Assembly: GCA_030666145.1 (NCBI GenBank)
Contig: DAOUYK010000001.1
Coordinates: forward strand, 1-40,586
From: Mycolicibacterium sp.
Lineage (GTDB): Bacteria > Actinomycetota > Actinomycetes > Mycobacteriales > Mycobacteriaceae
Direction of reading: 5' to 3'
Length of the DNA stretch: 40,586 nucleotides
A program made the translations under genes and the position numbers. Below the pieces are notes generated by a model that saw nothing but the letters and a program-made list of their open reading frames with translations, had not been told where the DNA came from and ran no database searches. Positions 21,799 through 34,644 of the stretch are shown here, piece after piece; position 1 is the stretch's first letter, and each line of letters begins with the position of its first letter.

Positions 21799-22785
21799 CT
21801 ATGGCTGTGCGGAGAGGATGGCGCGGGAGCGTTCGGTGTCGCCATCGATCGCTGCCACCAGCTCAGTCACCGAGTCGAACTTCTCCTGCCCTCGCAGGCG
21901 CGCGACGAAGTCGACCGCTACATGCTGGCCGTAGAGATCGGCGGTCGTGTCCAATACGAACGCCTCGACGGTGCGCGTGCGGCCTGAGAAGGTCGGGTTG
22001 GTTCCGACAGAAACCGCGGCCGGATAGCGCTCGCCAGGTGTGATGGTACCCACGACCGGGCCGAGCCCGAGGACGGTGAACCAGGCGGCGTACACACCGT
22101 CTGCGGGGATGGCCGAGTAAATGGGTGGAGCGATGTTGGCTGTGGGGAAACCGAGCGCTCTGCCACGACCTACACCGCGGACCACCACCCCCTCGACCCG
22201 GTGGGTACGGCCCAACGCCTCGGCGGCCGCGACCATGTCACCGGCATCGACGCAGGACCGGATGTAGGTCGATGAGAACGTCACCGTCTCGTCTCGGGTG
22301 GATTCGGCCACTTCGAAAACCAAGGGCAGGGATTCCACCGCGAAGCCGAAGCGGTCACCGGCACTTCGGAGCAGGTCCACATTGCCTGCGGCCTTCTTGC
22401 CGAATGTGAAGTTCTCGCCGACCATGACCTCGACCACGTGGAGCCGCTCGACTAGCAGTTCATGTACGTAGCGGTCGGGAGTGAGCTTCATGAAGTCGGC
22501 AGTGAACGGCATGACGAGAAAGACGTCGACGCCCATCTCCTCAACCAGCTCAGCCCGCCTGGTGAGGGTAGTGAGCTGCGCGGGATGACTACCGGGGAAC
22601 ACGACCTCCATCGGGTGCGGATCGAACGTCATCAACACCGACGGGACGCCGCGCGAACGAGCCGCCTTCACGGCCCGGCCAATCAACTCCTGGTGTCCGC
22701 GGTGGACGCCGTCGAATACGCCGATCGTGAGGACGCATCGGCCCCAGTCGGTGGGGATTTCATCCTGCCCCCGCCAGCGCTGCAC
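21799..22785 (-). CDS. ribF: Bifunctional riboflavin kinase/FAD synthetase
   Basis: IGVFDGVHRGH, TFDPHP, SSTYIR, GRALGFPTAN, GTNPTF. Confidence 0.97.
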   Translation of the reverse strand: MQRWRGQDEIPTDWGRCVLTIGVFDGVHRGHQELIGRAVKAARSRGVPSVLMTFDPHPMEVVFPGSHPAQLTTLTRRAELVEEMGVDVFLVMPFTADFMKLTPDRYVHELLVERLHVVEVMVGENFTFGKKAAGNVDLLRSAGDRFGFAVESLPLVFEVAESTRDETVTFSSTYIRSCVDAGDMVAAAEALGRTHRVEGVVVRGVGRGRALGFPTANIAPPIYSAIPADGVYAAWFTVLGLGPVVGTITPGERYPAAVSVGTNPTFSGRTRTVEAFVLDTTADLYGQHVAVDFVARLRGQEKFDSVTELVAAIDGDTERSRAILSAQP

Positions 22786-22863
22786 GCACTTAGCCTACGG
22801 CCACCGCACAACGACAGGCCACCAACACCAGCAGATCAGGTGATGACTGCCTAAGCTTGTCAC

Positions 22864-23580
22864 GTGAGTCCGGACGGAGAGCCCCGCGATCTGACGACGG
22901 TTGCCCAGGACTACCTGAAAGTCATCTGGACCGCCCAGGAATGGTCACACGAGAAGATCAGCACCAAATTGCTCGCCAAGCGAATCGGGGTGTCGGCAAG
23001 CACCGCCTCCGAGTCGATCCGCAAGCTCGCCGAACAAGGTCTGGTCGACCACGAAAAATACGGTGCGGTAACTCTGACCGACGCGGGAAGGCGCGCCGCC
23101 CTGGCGATGGTGCGGCGCCACCGCCTCATGGAGACCTTCCTCGTGCGCGAGCTCGGCTACAGCTGGGACGAAGTACACGACGAGGCCGAGGTGCTCGAGC
23201 ACGCTGTGTCCGACCAGATGTTGGACCGAATCGACGCCAAACTGGGCCACCCGACTCGCGATCCGCACGGGGATCCGATACCCGCGGCCGACGGCCAGGT
23301 ACCAACACCGCCGGCCCGCCAGCTGTCGGCCTGCCAGAACGGCGAAGCGGGCACCGTCGCGCGCATTTCCGACGCCGATCCCGAAATGCTTCGCTACTTC
23401 GACACCGTCGGAATCAGCCTAGACTCCCGGCTGCACGTCATTGCCCGCCGGGACTTCGCCGGGATGATCTCGGTGACCGTTCAAAACCCCGGCGATGCGG
23501 GCAAGGGCGCCGACCAGGACTCCAGAGCCACAGTTGAACTGGGAAGCCCAGCTGCGCAAGCGATCTGGGTCGTCTCTTAG
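22864..23580 (+). CDS. sirR: DtxR/MntR family metal-dependent repressor (SirR/MntR)
   Basis: QDYLKVIW, RRHRLMETFL, VHDEAEVLEHAVS, DPHGDPIP, FeoA-like C-terminus. Confidence 0.93.
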   Translation: MSPDGEPRDLTTVAQDYLKVIWTAQEWSHEKISTKLLAKRIGVSASTASESIRKLAEQGLVDHEKYGAVTLTDAGRRAALAMVRRHRLMETFLVRELGYSWDEVHDEAEVLEHAVSDQMLDRIDAKLGHPTRDPHGDPIPAADGQVPTPPARQLSACQNGEAGTVARISDADPEMLRYFDTVGISLDSRLHVIARRDFAGMISVTVQNPGDAGKGADQDSRATVELGSPAAQAIWVVS

Positions 23581-23592
23581 GAGGATTAGCTC

Positions 23593-24024
23593 ATGGCCAA
23601 GCTCGAGTTATCGCGGTCGCTGCCGATGCCTGCCGACCAAGCCTGGGCGCACGCATCTAATCTGGGGACGCTGGGCGACTGGATGACGATGCACCAGGGG
23701 TGGCGTTCGGATCTGCCCGAAGAACTCAGTGTGGGGACCGAGGTCATCGGGGTAGCCGGCGCGAAAGGCATGCGCAACCGCGTCACCTGGACGGTACGCA
23801 CATACGATCCGCCGTCCACTCTCGAGATCAGCGGCCAGGGCGTCGGCGGCACCAGGTACTCGTTGACATTGAAGGTCGCTTCTATCGAGGAAGGCTGCAC
23901 GTTCACCGTCAGGATGGAATTGGGCGGGGCTCCGTTGTTCGGCCCAATCGGCGCCGCTGCGGTGCGCGCGGTCAAGGGCGATATCGAGAAGTCGATCTTG
24001 GAGTTCCAGCAGCTTTACTGCTAA
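23593..24024 (+). CDS. SRPBCC/polyketide cyclase family protein (Rv0910-like)
   Basis: MAKLELSR.LP..AWAHAS..W.TMHQGWR, LGG.PLFGPIG; GAGGA RBS. Confidence 0.8.
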   Translation: MAKLELSRSLPMPADQAWAHASNLGTLGDWMTMHQGWRSDLPEELSVGTEVIGVAGAKGMRNRVTWTVRTYDPPSTLEISGQGVGGTRYSLTLKVASIEEGCTFTVRMELGGAPLFGPIGAAAVRAVKGDIEKSILEFQQLYC

Positions 24025-24038
24025 CTGCGTGACTGAAG

Positions 24039-24971
24039 TCACAGCGTCGCGGGCCGCACCACAACAACGCTCTTCGTTCGTGAGCCGCCATCCTCCAGCA
24101 CCGCGATGACCCGTCCGTCAGCCGCCGTCGCGGCGTACACACCACCCAGACCGGCCGGCCGCAACGCGCGCCCGTGGCTGGCGTCTTCAGCCTCGGCCTC
24201 GGTGAGATCTCGGCGCGGAAAGGCTTGCAGACAGGCTTCATCGAGGCTGCAGGACAGCCGCGGGGCCTCCTCGAGTTGCTCCAGCGTGCGGGCCTGGTCC
24301 AGACCGAATGTGCCGACACGGATGCGTCGTAGCGCGGTGAGGTGCCCGCCCACGCCGAGCCCGGCACCGACGTCCCGGGCGAGCGCGCGCACGTAGGTGC
24401 CGCTGGAACAGTCGACGGCTACATCAACGTCTACGGCGCCGGCTACAGCGGTACCGTGCCGCACATCACACATCTCAAAGCGGTCGATCCGGACTCGACG
24501 TGGCTTCAACACGACGGTGCGGCCCTCCCGCGCGAGTTGGTAGGCCCGCTTGCCATCGACCTTGATCGCGCTGACCGTCGACGGGATCTGGTCGATATCG
24601 CCGAGCCACTGCGCGAAGGTGGCTTCGATTTGCGCATTCGCTAATTGGTGCGCAGAAACCGACTCGAGGACAGCTCCTTGCGCATCTTCGGTAGACGTTG
24701 TCTGTCCAAGACGGATCGTCGCCAGGTAGGACTTGTCCGTCGCCGTCAGGAGACCGAGGATCTTGGTCGCCCGCTCGATCCCCACGACCAGTACTCCGGT
24801 AGCCATCGGGTCGAGCGTCCCGGCGTGCCCGACTTTGCGAGTACCGAAGAGTCTGCGGCATCGGCCCACGACATCGTGGCTGGTCATTCCGCCTGGCTTG
24901 TCGACTATGACCAGTCCGGGGCCGACCAATCCGGGGACGGCCGATCTGGGAACCGACCCGCCCACGGCCAT
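24039..24971 (-). CDS. truB: tRNA pseudouridine(55) synthase
   Basis: [40 protein letters not shown]. The start overlaps the pptT stop (TGATG). Confidence 0.96.
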   Translation of the reverse strand: MAVGGSVPRSAVPGLVGPGLVIVDKPGGMTSHDVVGRCRRLFGTRKVGHAGTLDPMATGVLVVGIERATKILGLLTATDKSYLATIRLGQTTSTEDAQGAVLESVSAHQLANAQIEATFAQWLGDIDQIPSTVSAIKVDGKRAYQLAREGRTVVLKPRRVRIDRFEMCDVRHGTAVAGAVDVDVAVDCSSGTYVRALARDVGAGLGVGGHLTALRRIRVGTFGLDQARTLEQLEEAPRLSCSLDEACLQAFPRRDLTEAEAEDASHGRALRPAGLGGVYAATAADGRVIAVLEDGGSRTKSVVVVRPATL

Positions 24972-25651
24972 CACAGCACGATCGCGGTCATTACGATCCC
25001 CTCGCGCACCGACCACCGTCCAGACAACGTGCTCAGCGGTGGACCTAACAGCGCGGCAGGGTCAATGAGGATTTCAGAGGTGAACGAGCCCGACTGGCCC
25101 GACGCATCGACGTCGAACACGATGTGCGCATCCTCGAAGCCCAGCCACCGCCGTGTCAACGGAAACCACGCCTTATAGGTCGCCTCCTTGGCGCAGAACA
25201 GCACTCGGTCCCAATGGACATCGGGGGATAGCGTTTGCACCTCGTGACGTTCAGCCGCAAGGCTGATCGCGTCCAGCACGCCGCGCGGCAGCACATCGTG
25301 CGGCTCGGCATCGATGCCCACCGATCGGATCTCCTCGCGCAGACCGACTGCTGCGCCACGGAAACCCTCGCAGTGGGTCAGGCTGCCGACGACACCGTCG
25401 GGCCAGCACGGTTCGCCCTTCTCGCCCTTGAGGATCGGCACCGGCTCGATTCCAAGGTCCACCATCGCCTGGCGCGCGCAGTACCGCGCGGTGATGAACT
25501 CGTTGCGCCGCTTGGCCACCGATTTGGCGATGAGCGGCTCCTCCTCAGGCAGTGGCGCGAGTTCCTTGGGATCGGTATACATCTCGGCTGCCGCCAGCGC
25601 ATCATCGAGGAAGCCGGGCAGCACCCCGGCGAGCAATTTCGCCGCGATCAT
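24971..25651 (-). CDS. pptT: 4'-phosphopantetheinyl transferase PptT
   Basis: [30 protein letters not shown]. Confidence 0.95.
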   Translation of the reverse strand: MIAAKLLAGVLPGFLDDALAAAEMYTDPKELAPLPEEEPLIAKSVAKRRNEFITARYCARQAMVDLGIEPVPILKGEKGEPCWPDGVVGSLTHCEGFRGAAVGLREEIRSVGIDAEPHDVLPRGVLDAISLAAERHEVQTLSPDVHWDRVLFCAKEATYKAWFPLTRRWLGFEDAHIVFDVDASGQSGSFTSEILIDPAALLGPPLSTLSGRWSVREGIVMTAIVL

Positions 25652-26598
25652 CCCCGGCGACTCGCGATCCGTTCCTGCAACCGAACTGCGTGCTCGCGCA
25701 TCTCCTGGGTGATCTGGAAGTGCCCGCCGAACTCGTTGAGGTAGCCAGGCGCGTAATTCGGGTCAGGCAGAATCTGGCGCATCCAGCGATACGGCCTGCG
25801 ACGGCGCCATTCCCGCGGGTAGCCGACCGACACCTCCTCGAACCGCACGCCGTCATAGAAGGTGGTCCGCGGAATGTGAAGGTGTCCATAAACCGAGCAG
25901 ATCGCGTTATAGCGAGTGTGCCAGTCGGCGGTCGCGGTAGTTCCGCACCACAGCGAGAACTCGGGATAGAACATCGCGTCGCAGGGTTCGCGCACCATCG
26001 GGAAGTGATTGACCTGGACGGTCGGCATCATCCAGTCCAGTTCTTCAAGTCGCTTGCGGGTGTAGTTGACCCGATCGCGGCACCACGCGTCACGCGTCGG
26101 GTACGGCTCGGCGGACAGCAGATACTCGTCGGTGCCCACGATGTTGCGTTCCTTGGCGATCTTCAAGCCCTCGGCCTTGGTGCCCGCGCCCGCCGGCAGG
26201 AACGAGTAGTCGTACAGCAGGAACATCGCAACGATGGTCGCCGGACCGCCCTCCTCGGTCCAGACCGGATACGGGTGCTCGGGAGTGACGATGCCCATCT
26301 CGTCGCACATGTTGACCAGGTAGTCGTAGCGGGCTTTGCCGAAGATCTGCATCGGGTCACGATTGGTGGTCCATAGTTCGTGGTTGCCCGGAATCCAGAT
26401 GACCTTGGCGAATCTCTTGCGTAGCAGATCCAGCGCCCAGCGAATCTCATCGGTGCGCTCGGCGACATCGCCGGCCACGATCACCCAGTCGTCTGGTGAG
26501 GCCGGGTGCAGCGACTCAGTCACCGGTTTGTTGCCGGTGTGTCCGGTATGAAGGTCACTAACGGCCCACAACGTCGGACGCCGGTCCTCACTGCTCAC
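25648..26598 (-). CDS. pptH: Metallophosphoesterase, phosphopantetheinyl hydrolase PptH (Rv2795c-like)
   Basis: SDLH, AGDVAE, PGNHELW, GHLH; ATGA-coupled to pptT. Start set at GTG 26598. Confidence 0.9.
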   Translation of the reverse strand: MSSEDRRPTLWAVSDLHTGHTGNKPVTESLHPASPDDWVIVAGDVAERTDEIRWALDLLRKRFAKVIWIPGNHELWTTNRDPMQIFGKARYDYLVNMCDEMGIVTPEHPYPVWTEEGGPATIVAMFLLYDYSFLPAGAGTKAEGLKIAKERNIVGTDEYLLSAEPYPTRDAWCRDRVNYTRKRLEELDWMMPTVQVNHFPMVREPCDAMFYPEFSLWCGTTATADWHTRYNAICSVYGHLHIPRTTFYDGVRFEEVSVGYPREWRRRRPYRWMRQILPDPNYAPGYLNEFGGHFQITQEMREHAVRLQERIASRRG

Positions 26599-26677
26599 AA
26601 CCCGTAAGCCTACTTGTGGTCCTGGCAAGACCTCGGGGCAACGAGAACACGGTCGAACGTTGCGTAGCCTCTGAGGC

Positions 26678-28360
26678 GTGACCGCCGCGCCCGCAATGAC
26701 CACGACCGGCACACAATCCACGGTCCGGCAGGCAATCCAGCGCAAACTCGCCAGGATGCTGCGGCTACCGCCGCCCACCACCGACTTCGTCGTTGACCGC
26801 CGACTGCGGGTGCCCATGCGCGACGGCGTCGATCTGCTGGCCGACCACTATGTGCCGCACACCACGACTCCGGCGGGCACGCTATTGGTCCGCGGACCCT
26901 ACGGGCGTGGCTGGCCCTTCGCCGCGATGTTCGGCTCGGTGTATGCCGCCCGGGGGTATCACGTGCTGATCCAGAGCGTGCGCGGGACGTTCGGCTCGGG
27001 CGGCGACTTCAAGCCGATGGTGCACGAAATCGAGGACGGCGCCGACACGGTCGAATGGCTTCGAAACCAGCCGTGGTTCACCGGCACATTCGGCACCGTC
27101 GGGCTCTCCTACCTGGGGTTCACCCAGTGGGCGCTGCTCGCCGATCCGCCGCCGGAGATGACGGCGGCAGTGATCACCGTCGGCCCCCACGACGTCCGCG
27201 GACCCCGCTGGGGTACCGGCTCTTTCGGCCTCAACGACTTCCTGGGTTGGAGCGATCTAGTCGCCAACCAGGAAGATCCGCGCAGGTTACGTGTCTTGTT
27301 GCGGCAGGCTCGGGCCCAGAAGTTGGTACACCGGGCCTCACTGGGTCTACCGCTCGGCGAGTCAAGCCGCGCGATGCTCGGGGACGGTGCGCCCTGGTTC
27401 GAGTCGTGGCTCGAGCACCCATCCGCCGACGATCCGTTCTGGACGAGATTGCATCTGCGTGAGGCACTGGAGCGCACCGAGGTCCCGATGCTGCTGCTGA
27501 CCGGCTGGCAGGACCTGTTCCTCGAGCAGACGCTTGAGCAGTACGACCGACTGCGTAGCCGCGGCGTGACCACCGCGCTGACCATCGGACCGTGGACACA
27601 CTCACAAATGATGACCAAAGGGGGTCCGACCGTGATTCGCGAATCCCTGGATTGGCTCGGCACTCACCTCGCTGGCGCCCCCGCCCAGCGGTCGGCACCG
27701 GTGCGAATCCATGTCGACGGGGCACCTGACCAGGACGGGTGGCTGGACTTGACCGACTGGCCTCCGCCGATGCCAGAACGCGTACTGCATCTGCAACCGG
27801 GGGGCCGACTCGGGGAGGCGGTACCGGATGCAGGTGGCTCAGCAACGTTCGTCTACAACCCTGCCGACCCGACACCCACCGTTGGCGGCCGACTGCTGTC
27901 CCCGGTGGGTGGTTACCGCGAGGACACCGCTCTGGCGCGGCGCGCCGACGTCTTGACGTTCACCGGCGCCCCGCTTGCGTCCGACCTCTATGTGGTCGGA
28001 ACGCCGGTTCTTGAGCTGTCCCACTCTTGTGCGAATCCGAACAACGATCTGTTCGTCCGCATCAGTCAGGTCGACGCGCACGGCCGCTCTTGCAATGTCA
28101 GCGACGGATACCGCGCGTCGGCGCCCGCATCGGGCACCGTCAGAATCGAGCTCGACTCCATTGCACGCACTTTCCCGGCGGGTAGCCGAATCCGGGTAAA
28201 GGTCGCCGGCGGGTCCCACCCACGCTTTGTGCGCAATGTGGGCACCGGTGAACCCGCGATCAGCGCAACCAGCATGGCGACCGCCCGCCACACGGTACAC
28301 CTCGGCGAGGCGTCGCGGCTGATCCTGCCCGCCAGTGACCGGCCGCCCTCAGCCGACTGA
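26678..28360 (+). CDS. CocE/NonD family hydrolase (Rv2800-like)
   Basis: VPMRDGV.L.AD.Y, RGPYGR, GLSYLG nucleophile motif, GWQD, GPWTH. Confidence 0.92.
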   Translation: MTAAPAMTTTGTQSTVRQAIQRKLARMLRLPPPTTDFVVDRRLRVPMRDGVDLLADHYVPHTTTPAGTLLVRGPYGRGWPFAAMFGSVYAARGYHVLIQSVRGTFGSGGDFKPMVHEIEDGADTVEWLRNQPWFTGTFGTVGLSYLGFTQWALLADPPPEMTAAVITVGPHDVRGPRWGTGSFGLNDFLGWSDLVANQEDPRRLRVLLRQARAQKLVHRASLGLPLGESSRAMLGDGAPWFESWLEHPSADDPFWTRLHLREALERTEVPMLLLTGWQDLFLEQTLEQYDRLRSRGVTTALTIGPWTHSQMMTKGGPTVIRESLDWLGTHLAGAPAQRSAPVRIHVDGAPDQDGWLDLTDWPPPMPERVLHLQPGGRLGEAVPDAGGSATFVYNPADPTPTVGGRLLSPVGGYREDTALARRADVLTFTGAPLASDLYVVGTPVLELSHSCANPNNDLFVRISQVDAHGRSCNVSDGYRASAPASGTVRIELDSIARTFPAGSRIRVKVAGGSHPRFVRNVGTGEPAISATSMATARHTVHLGEASRLILPASDRPPSAD

Positions 28361-28523
28361 GCTGGCCACCATTTCGACGATGTGGTGCGGCACGTTGTCC
28401 TCGGTACTGTCCATGGCGGCGGACTTTAGAATGTCTCGGCACTCCGGGCGCACCCGACGGGCGTGGCTGTGGGCCACGGTCGGGAAGAGCAGGAACCGCG
28501 GGCTGGGTTGGCACGCCGGTCAT
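28349..28523 (-). pseudogene. Internally deleted, frameshifted DUF1802 family gene (Rv2828c-like)
   Basis: ATG coupled to DUF2277 gives MTGVPTQPA. A shifted frame reads RFLLFPTVAHSHARRVRPECRDILKSAAMDSTED...VASSVG*, matching recalled DUF1802 sequence. Only about 175 bp remain. Confidence 0.8.
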
Positions 28524-28816
28524 CGGCCACCCGATGTCGCCGGCCGGACAACTCCGGTGTTCATACGTGCGTTAATTTCGGGCCGCCGCAGCGGCGGAAC
28601 GGATTTCGGCGGCTGCCGTCGCGGCCCGAACCCGGCAAGTAGCCGCTGTGTCGACGCGGCGACTTCGGCCACAGCAGCCTCGAATGCGACGGAGTTGGCG
28701 CCCGAGGGCCGGGTCACGCCGCTGACCTTGCGTACGTACTGGCGGGCGGCGGCCTCAATCTCATCGTCGGTGGCAGCCGGTTGCAGACCCCGCAGCTCAG
28801 TGATGTTTCGACACAT
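28520..28816 (-). CDS. DUF2277 family protein
   Basis: MCRNITELRGLQPAATDDEIEAAARQYVRKVSG signature. Confidence 0.9.
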   Translation of the reverse strand: MCRNITELRGLQPAATDDEIEAAARQYVRKVSGVTRPSGANSVAFEAAVAEVAASTQRLLAGFGPRRQPPKSVPPLRRPEINARMNTGVVRPATSGGR

Positions 28817-28860
28817 GCCTCCACGATAGGCGAGCAGCCGCAGGCCGATACGGTGAGCGA

Positions 28861-29661
28861 ATGACGAACGCCGCCAGCTCTTGTGATTCTGAAGAAGCCG
28901 ACATCCTGCTCATTGACACTGCTGGCCGGATCCGGACGCTCACCCTGAATCGGCCGTCCGCGCGCAATGCACTCTCGACGGCGTTGCGCAGCAGACTCTT
29001 CGGGGCCCTGCGTGATGCACAGGACGATGCCGCCGTCGACGTCATCATTGTGACCGGGACCGATCCGGCGTTCTGCGCCGGGCTTGACCTCAAAGAATTG
29101 GGCGAGCACTCGATCCTCCCCGACATCTCTCCTAAGTGGCCGCCGATGGCCAAGCCGGTGATCGGCGCAATCAACGGTGCGGCAGTGACCGGCGGCTTGG
29201 AGATCGCGCTGTACTGTGACATCCTCATCGCCTCCGAACAGGCGCGTTTCGCCGATACCCATGCCCGGGTCGGTTTGCTGCCCACGTGGGGCCTGTCGGT
29301 TCGCCTTCCACAGAAGGTCGGCGTCGGGATGGCGCGACAGATGAGCATGACTGGTGACTATCTGTCTGCCCAGGAAGCACTGCGTACCGGACTCGTCACC
29401 GAGGTAGTGGCCCACAACGAACTTCTCGACATTGCACGCCGGATCGCGGCGTCGATCGTCGGCAACAACCAAAAGTCGGTACAGGCGCTGCTGGCCTCCT
29501 ACCACCGCATCGACGACGCCCAGAATGGCGTCGCCCTGTGGCTGGAAGCGGACGCGGCCCGGGCGTGGATGAACAGCACCTCCGGCGACGACATCGCCGC
29601 CAGCCGCAGCTCAGTCATCGAACGCGGCCGCGCCCAGGTCCGACCCGGGGGCACCACTTGA
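28861..29661 (+). CDS. Enoyl-CoA hydratase (EchA16-like)
   Basis: LTLNRPSARNAL, FCAGLDLKE, KPVIGAINGAAVTGGLE, FADTHARVG. Confidence 0.92.
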   Translation: MTNAASSCDSEEADILLIDTAGRIRTLTLNRPSARNALSTALRSRLFGALRDAQDDAAVDVIIVTGTDPAFCAGLDLKELGEHSILPDISPKWPPMAKPVIGAINGAAVTGGLEIALYCDILIASEQARFADTHARVGLLPTWGLSVRLPQKVGVGMARQMSMTGDYLSAQEALRTGLVTEVVAHNELLDIARRIAASIVGNNQKSVQALLASYHRIDDAQNGVALWLEADAARAWMNSTSGDDIAASRSSVIERGRAQVRPGGTT

Positions 29662-29683
29662 CACCGACCCGGGTCGAACCGGC

Positions 29684-30307
29684 ATGGTCGACCCCATGAG
29701 CAACGAGGACTCCATGGCTGTCAACCACCATGCCAATCATCCGGGTTTCGCTGGCGTCACCGGCAGTCTGTTTGCCGCTGCCTTCCTGCTGACCGGCCGC
29801 GCAAACGCCAGGCTCGCGGCCGAACTCACCGACATCTCCCCCGAAGACCACGTTGTCGACATCGGATGCGGGCCGGGCAACGCTGTCCGGACAGCTGCCC
29901 GCCGAGGCGCACTGGCAACCGGAGTCGACCCGTCGCGGTCGATGCTGCGGGTAGCGCGGATCAGCACCCGAGACCCCAGGGTGCAGTGGGCCCAAGGCGG
30001 CGCAGAAACGTTGCCGGTGCCGGACGGATCGGCGACGATCGTGTGGGCGCTGGCCACCGTGCACCATTGGCGCGACATCCCCGAGGGACTCGCCGAAATA
30101 CACCGGGCACTCTCACCCGGTGGGCGGTTGCTTGCGGTCGAACGACAGTGCGAGCCGGGCGCCACCGGGTTCGCCAGTCACGGCTGGACCGCCGAGCAGG
30201 CCGAATCCTTTGCCGCACTGTGCCGCTCAGCGGGGCTTGTCGATGTCACAGTGGCCAGCAAGAAAAGCAGTCGGCCGGTGTGGGTAGTGGCCGGCATACG
30301 ACCCTGA
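29684..30307 (+). CDS. Class I SAM-dependent methyltransferase
   Basis: VVDIGCGPG, GVDPS..ML, AETLP, VHHW.D...L.EI.RAL.PGG. The true start may be 29696 or slightly downstream. Confidence 0.87.
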   Translation: MVDPMSNEDSMAVNHHANHPGFAGVTGSLFAAAFLLTGRANARLAAELTDISPEDHVVDIGCGPGNAVRTAARRGALATGVDPSRSMLRVARISTRDPRVQWAQGGAETLPVPDGSATIVWALATVHHWRDIPEGLAEIHRALSPGGRLLAVERQCEPGATGFASHGWTAEQAESFAALCRSAGLVDVTVASKKSSRPVWVVAGIRP

Positions 30308-30316
30308 CTGGCTGGG

Positions 30317-31799
<1,483 letters not shown>

Positions 31800-31832
31800 G
31801 ACACGCGCCTGCGGCTTTGGCTTGTCCGCACA

Positions 31833-34550
31833 TCAGGAGCGTTCTTTTTCGACGAGTTCGTACGCCTCGATGACGTCGCCTTCCTTGATGTCGTTATAGC
31901 TCAGGGTCAGGCCACACTCGAAGCCGTCGCGCACCTCGGTGACGTCATCCTTCTCGCGACGCAGCGACTGAATGGTGACGGTCTCGGCGACCACGATGCT
32001 GTCACGCAGCAGACGCGCCTTGGCATTGCGACGGACAATGCCCGAAGTGACCAGACAACCGGCGATATTGCCGACTTTGGAGGAACGGAACATCGCGCGG
32101 ATCTCGGCGCGACCGAGTTCCTTCTCCTCGTAGATCGGTTTAAGCAGGCCTTTGAGCGCGCTCTGGATCTCATCGATGGCCTGGTAGATCACCGAGTAGT
32201 ACCGGATGTCGACGCCCTCGCGATTGGCCAACTCGGTAGCCTTGCCCTCTGCTCGCACGTTGAATCCGATGATGATCGCGTCCGACGCCGACGCCAGGTT
32301 GACGTTGGTCTCGGTGACACCGCCGACGCCGCGGTCGATGACACGCAGCTCAACTTCGTCATCGATCTCAATACCCAGCAGAGCCTCTTCCAGCGCCTCG
32401 ACGGTGCCGGAGTTGTCGCCCTTGAGGATCAGGTTCAGCTGGCTGGTTTCCTTGAGCGCCGAATCCAGGTCCTCCAGGCTGATGCGTTTACGCGTCCGCG
32501 CCGCCAACGCATTGCGCTTGCGCGCGCTGCGCCGGTCGGCGATCTGCCGGGCGATCTGGTCCTCGTCGACGACCAGCAAGTTGTCGCCGGCATCGGGAAC
32601 CGACGTGAAGCCGATGACCTGTACCGGGCGCGACGGCAGTGCCTCGGCAACGTCCTCCCCGTGCTCGTCGACCATGCGCCGAACTCGCCCATAGGCGTCG
32701 CCGGCCACGATCGAGTCGCCGACCCGCAGCGTGCCGCGCTGGATAAGCACCGTGGCCACGGGGCCGCGGCCGCGGTCCAGGTGTGCCTCAATGGCCACAC
32801 CCTGGGCTTCCATGTCCGGGTTGGCCCGTAGGTCCAACGCCGCATCGGCGGTGAGCAGCACGGCTTCGAGCAGTGCGTCGATATTGCTGCCCTGCTTGGC
32901 CGAGATGTCGACGAACATGGTGTCGCCGCCGAAGTCCTCGGCGACCAGACCGTACTCGGTGAGCTGACCGCGGATTTTAGCCGGGTCGGCGCCCTCCTTG
33001 TCGATCTTGTTGACCGCGACCACGATCGGCACCTCAGCTGCCTGCGCGTGGTTGATGGCCTCGACAGTCTGAGGCATCACTCCATCGTCTGCGGCAACCA
33101 CCAGGATCGCGATGTCGGTGACTTTCGCGCCACGGGCACGCATGGCGGTGAACGCCTCGTGACCCGGGGTATCGATGAACGTAACCAACCGCTCGTTGCC
33201 GTCCAATTCGGTGAGAACCTGGTAGGCGCCGATGTGCTGGGTGATGCCACCGGCCTCTGCCTCACCGACGTTGGCCTGACGGATGCTATCCAGCAGCCGG
33301 GTCTTGCCGTGATCGACGTGACCCATCACGGTCACCACCGGAGGACGGTGCTCGAGATCTTCTTCGTTACCTTCGTCCTCTCCGTAGGTCAGGTCGAAGG
33401 ACTGGAGCAGCTCGCGATCCTCATCCTCCGGGCTGACCACCTGGACGACGTAGTTCATCTCGCTGCCGAGCAGTTCGAGGGTCTCGTCGCCGACCGACTG
33501 GGTGGCAGTGACCATCTCACCGAGGTTGAACAGCGCCTGCACCAGCGACGCGGGGTTCGCATCGATCTTCTCGGCAAAGTCCACTAGGGACGCTCCACGG
33601 GCCAGGCGGATCGTCTCGCCATTGCCATGGGGCAACCGCACGCCACCGACGACGGGGGCCTGCATGCTCTCGTACTCGGCGCGTTTGGCCCGCTTCGACT
33701 TGCGACCGCGCCGCACCGCACCCCCGGGGCGCCCGAACGCGCCCGCGGCTCCGCCGCGCTGACCGGGACGGCCACCGCCGCCAGGACGGCCGCGGAACCC
33801 GCCACCGCCTCCGGCGGGCGCACCGCCGCCACCACCGGGGCCACCTGGGCCACCCCCGCGGTAGTTACCACCGCCACCGCCGCCCGGGCCACCGGGACGA
33901 CCGCCACCGGCGCCTGCTCCAGGACCGCGACCACCAGGGCTGGGGCGAGGGCCGCCGCCTGGACGACCACCCGGGCCAGGGCGCGCACCTTGCGGCCTGG
34001 GCGGCATATTGCCTGGGGTGGCGCCGGGGCGTGGACCGCCCCCGGGGCGCGGCCCACCGGGTCCGGCGCCTGGCCGCGGGCCTTGGGGGCTTTGCGGACG
34101 CGGCGCCGGCCGCTCGACCGGCTGCTGGGATGAGAATGGGTTGTTGCCGACGCGCGGGGGCCGCGGGGCAGGCTTGGGAACCCCGCCCGGGGTGGGGCCC
34201 GGACGTGGGCCGGGGGTCGGACTCGGCGCGGCAGGCGGAGCCGCCGGCGCGGGCGCAACCGGAGCTGCGGGAGCTGGCGGGGGCTCCTGGGCTACCGGTG
34301 GCTTGGGTGCTGCCGGCCTGGCCCGGGGTGCGGCGGGCTTGGCGGGTGAACCGTTGCCACTGCTCTTGGCCTTCTCAGTTGCGGGTTTGGGTCCGCCGAA
34401 CGACTGGCGAAGCCGGCGGGCGACCGGCGCTTCTACCGTGGACGACACGGACTTGACGAATTCGCCCTGATCATTCAGTCGGGCGAGAACTTCCTTACTG
34501 GTGACACCGAGTTCCTTAGCCAACTCGTGCACGCGGGCCTTACCTGCCAC
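31833..34550 (-). CDS. infB: Translation initiation factor IF-2
   Basis: [12 protein letters not shown], Pro/Gly-rich linker, [23 protein letters not shown] 34550 follows AGGAG. Confidence 0.98.
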   Translation of the reverse strand: MAGKARVHELAKELGVTSKEVLARLNDQGEFVKSVSSTVEAPVARRLRQSFGGPKPATEKAKSSGNGSPAKPAAPRARPAAPKPPVAQEPPPAPAAPVAPAPAAPPAAPSPTPGPRPGPTPGGVPKPAPRPPRVGNNPFSSQQPVERPAPRPQSPQGPRPGAGPGGPRPGGGPRPGATPGNMPPRPQGARPGPGGRPGGGPRPSPGGRGPGAGAGGGRPGGPGGGGGGNYRGGGPGGPGGGGGAPAGGGGGFRGRPGGGGRPGQRGGAAGAFGRPGGAVRRGRKSKRAKRAEYESMQAPVVGGVRLPHGNGETIRLARGASLVDFAEKIDANPASLVQALFNLGEMVTATQSVGDETLELLGSEMNYVVQVVSPEDEDRELLQSFDLTYGEDEGNEEDLEHRPPVVTVMGHVDHGKTRLLDSIRQANVGEAEAGGITQHIGAYQVLTELDGNERLVTFIDTPGHEAFTAMRARGAKVTDIAILVVAADDGVMPQTVEAINHAQAAEVPIVVAVNKIDKEGADPAKIRGQLTEYGLVAEDFGGDTMFVDISAKQGSNIDALLEAVLLTADAALDLRANPDMEAQGVAIEAHLDRGRGPVATVLIQRGTLRVGDSIVAGDAYGRVRRMVDEHGEDVAEALPSRPVQVIGFTSVPDAGDNLLVVDEDQIARQIADRRSARKRNALAARTRKRISLEDLDSALKETSQLNLILKGDNSGTVEALEEALLGIEIDDEVELRVIDRGVGGVTETNVNLASASDAIIIGFNVRAEGKATELANREGVDIRYYSVIYQAIDEIQSALKGLLKPIYEEKELGRAEIRAMFRSSKVGNIAGCLVTSGIVRRNAKARLLRDSIVVAETVTIQSLRREKDDVTEVRDGFECGLTLSYNDIKEGDVIEAYELVEKERS

Positions 34551-34601
34551 TACTATCTCCTGTCTGGGAGGCAACAGCGGTGGTGGGCGCCGCGCCTCGG
34601 T

Positions 34602-34644
34602 TTAGCTATGACGCATGGTCATCGAGACTTCACGGTGTGCTCAT
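34602..34644 (-). promoter_or_regulatory. Three chained micro-uORFs (MSTP*, MKSR*, MTMRHS*) in the infB leader
   Basis: ATG AGC ACA CCG TGA (34644-34630), GTG AAG TCT CGA TGA (34633-34619), ATG ACC ATG CGT CAT AGC TAA (34622-34602), linked by GTGA and ATGA overlaps. Confidence 0.6.

Noticed and set aside
23593-24024. Toxin-antitoxin module (Rv0910-like toxin)
   Set aside because: No adjacent antitoxin ORF; the SRPBCC fold alone does not indicate toxicity.
33700-34400. Gly/Pro-rich low-complexity stretch resembling PE_PGRS or collagen-like repeats
   Set aside because: It is the normal actinobacterial IF-2 N-terminal linker.
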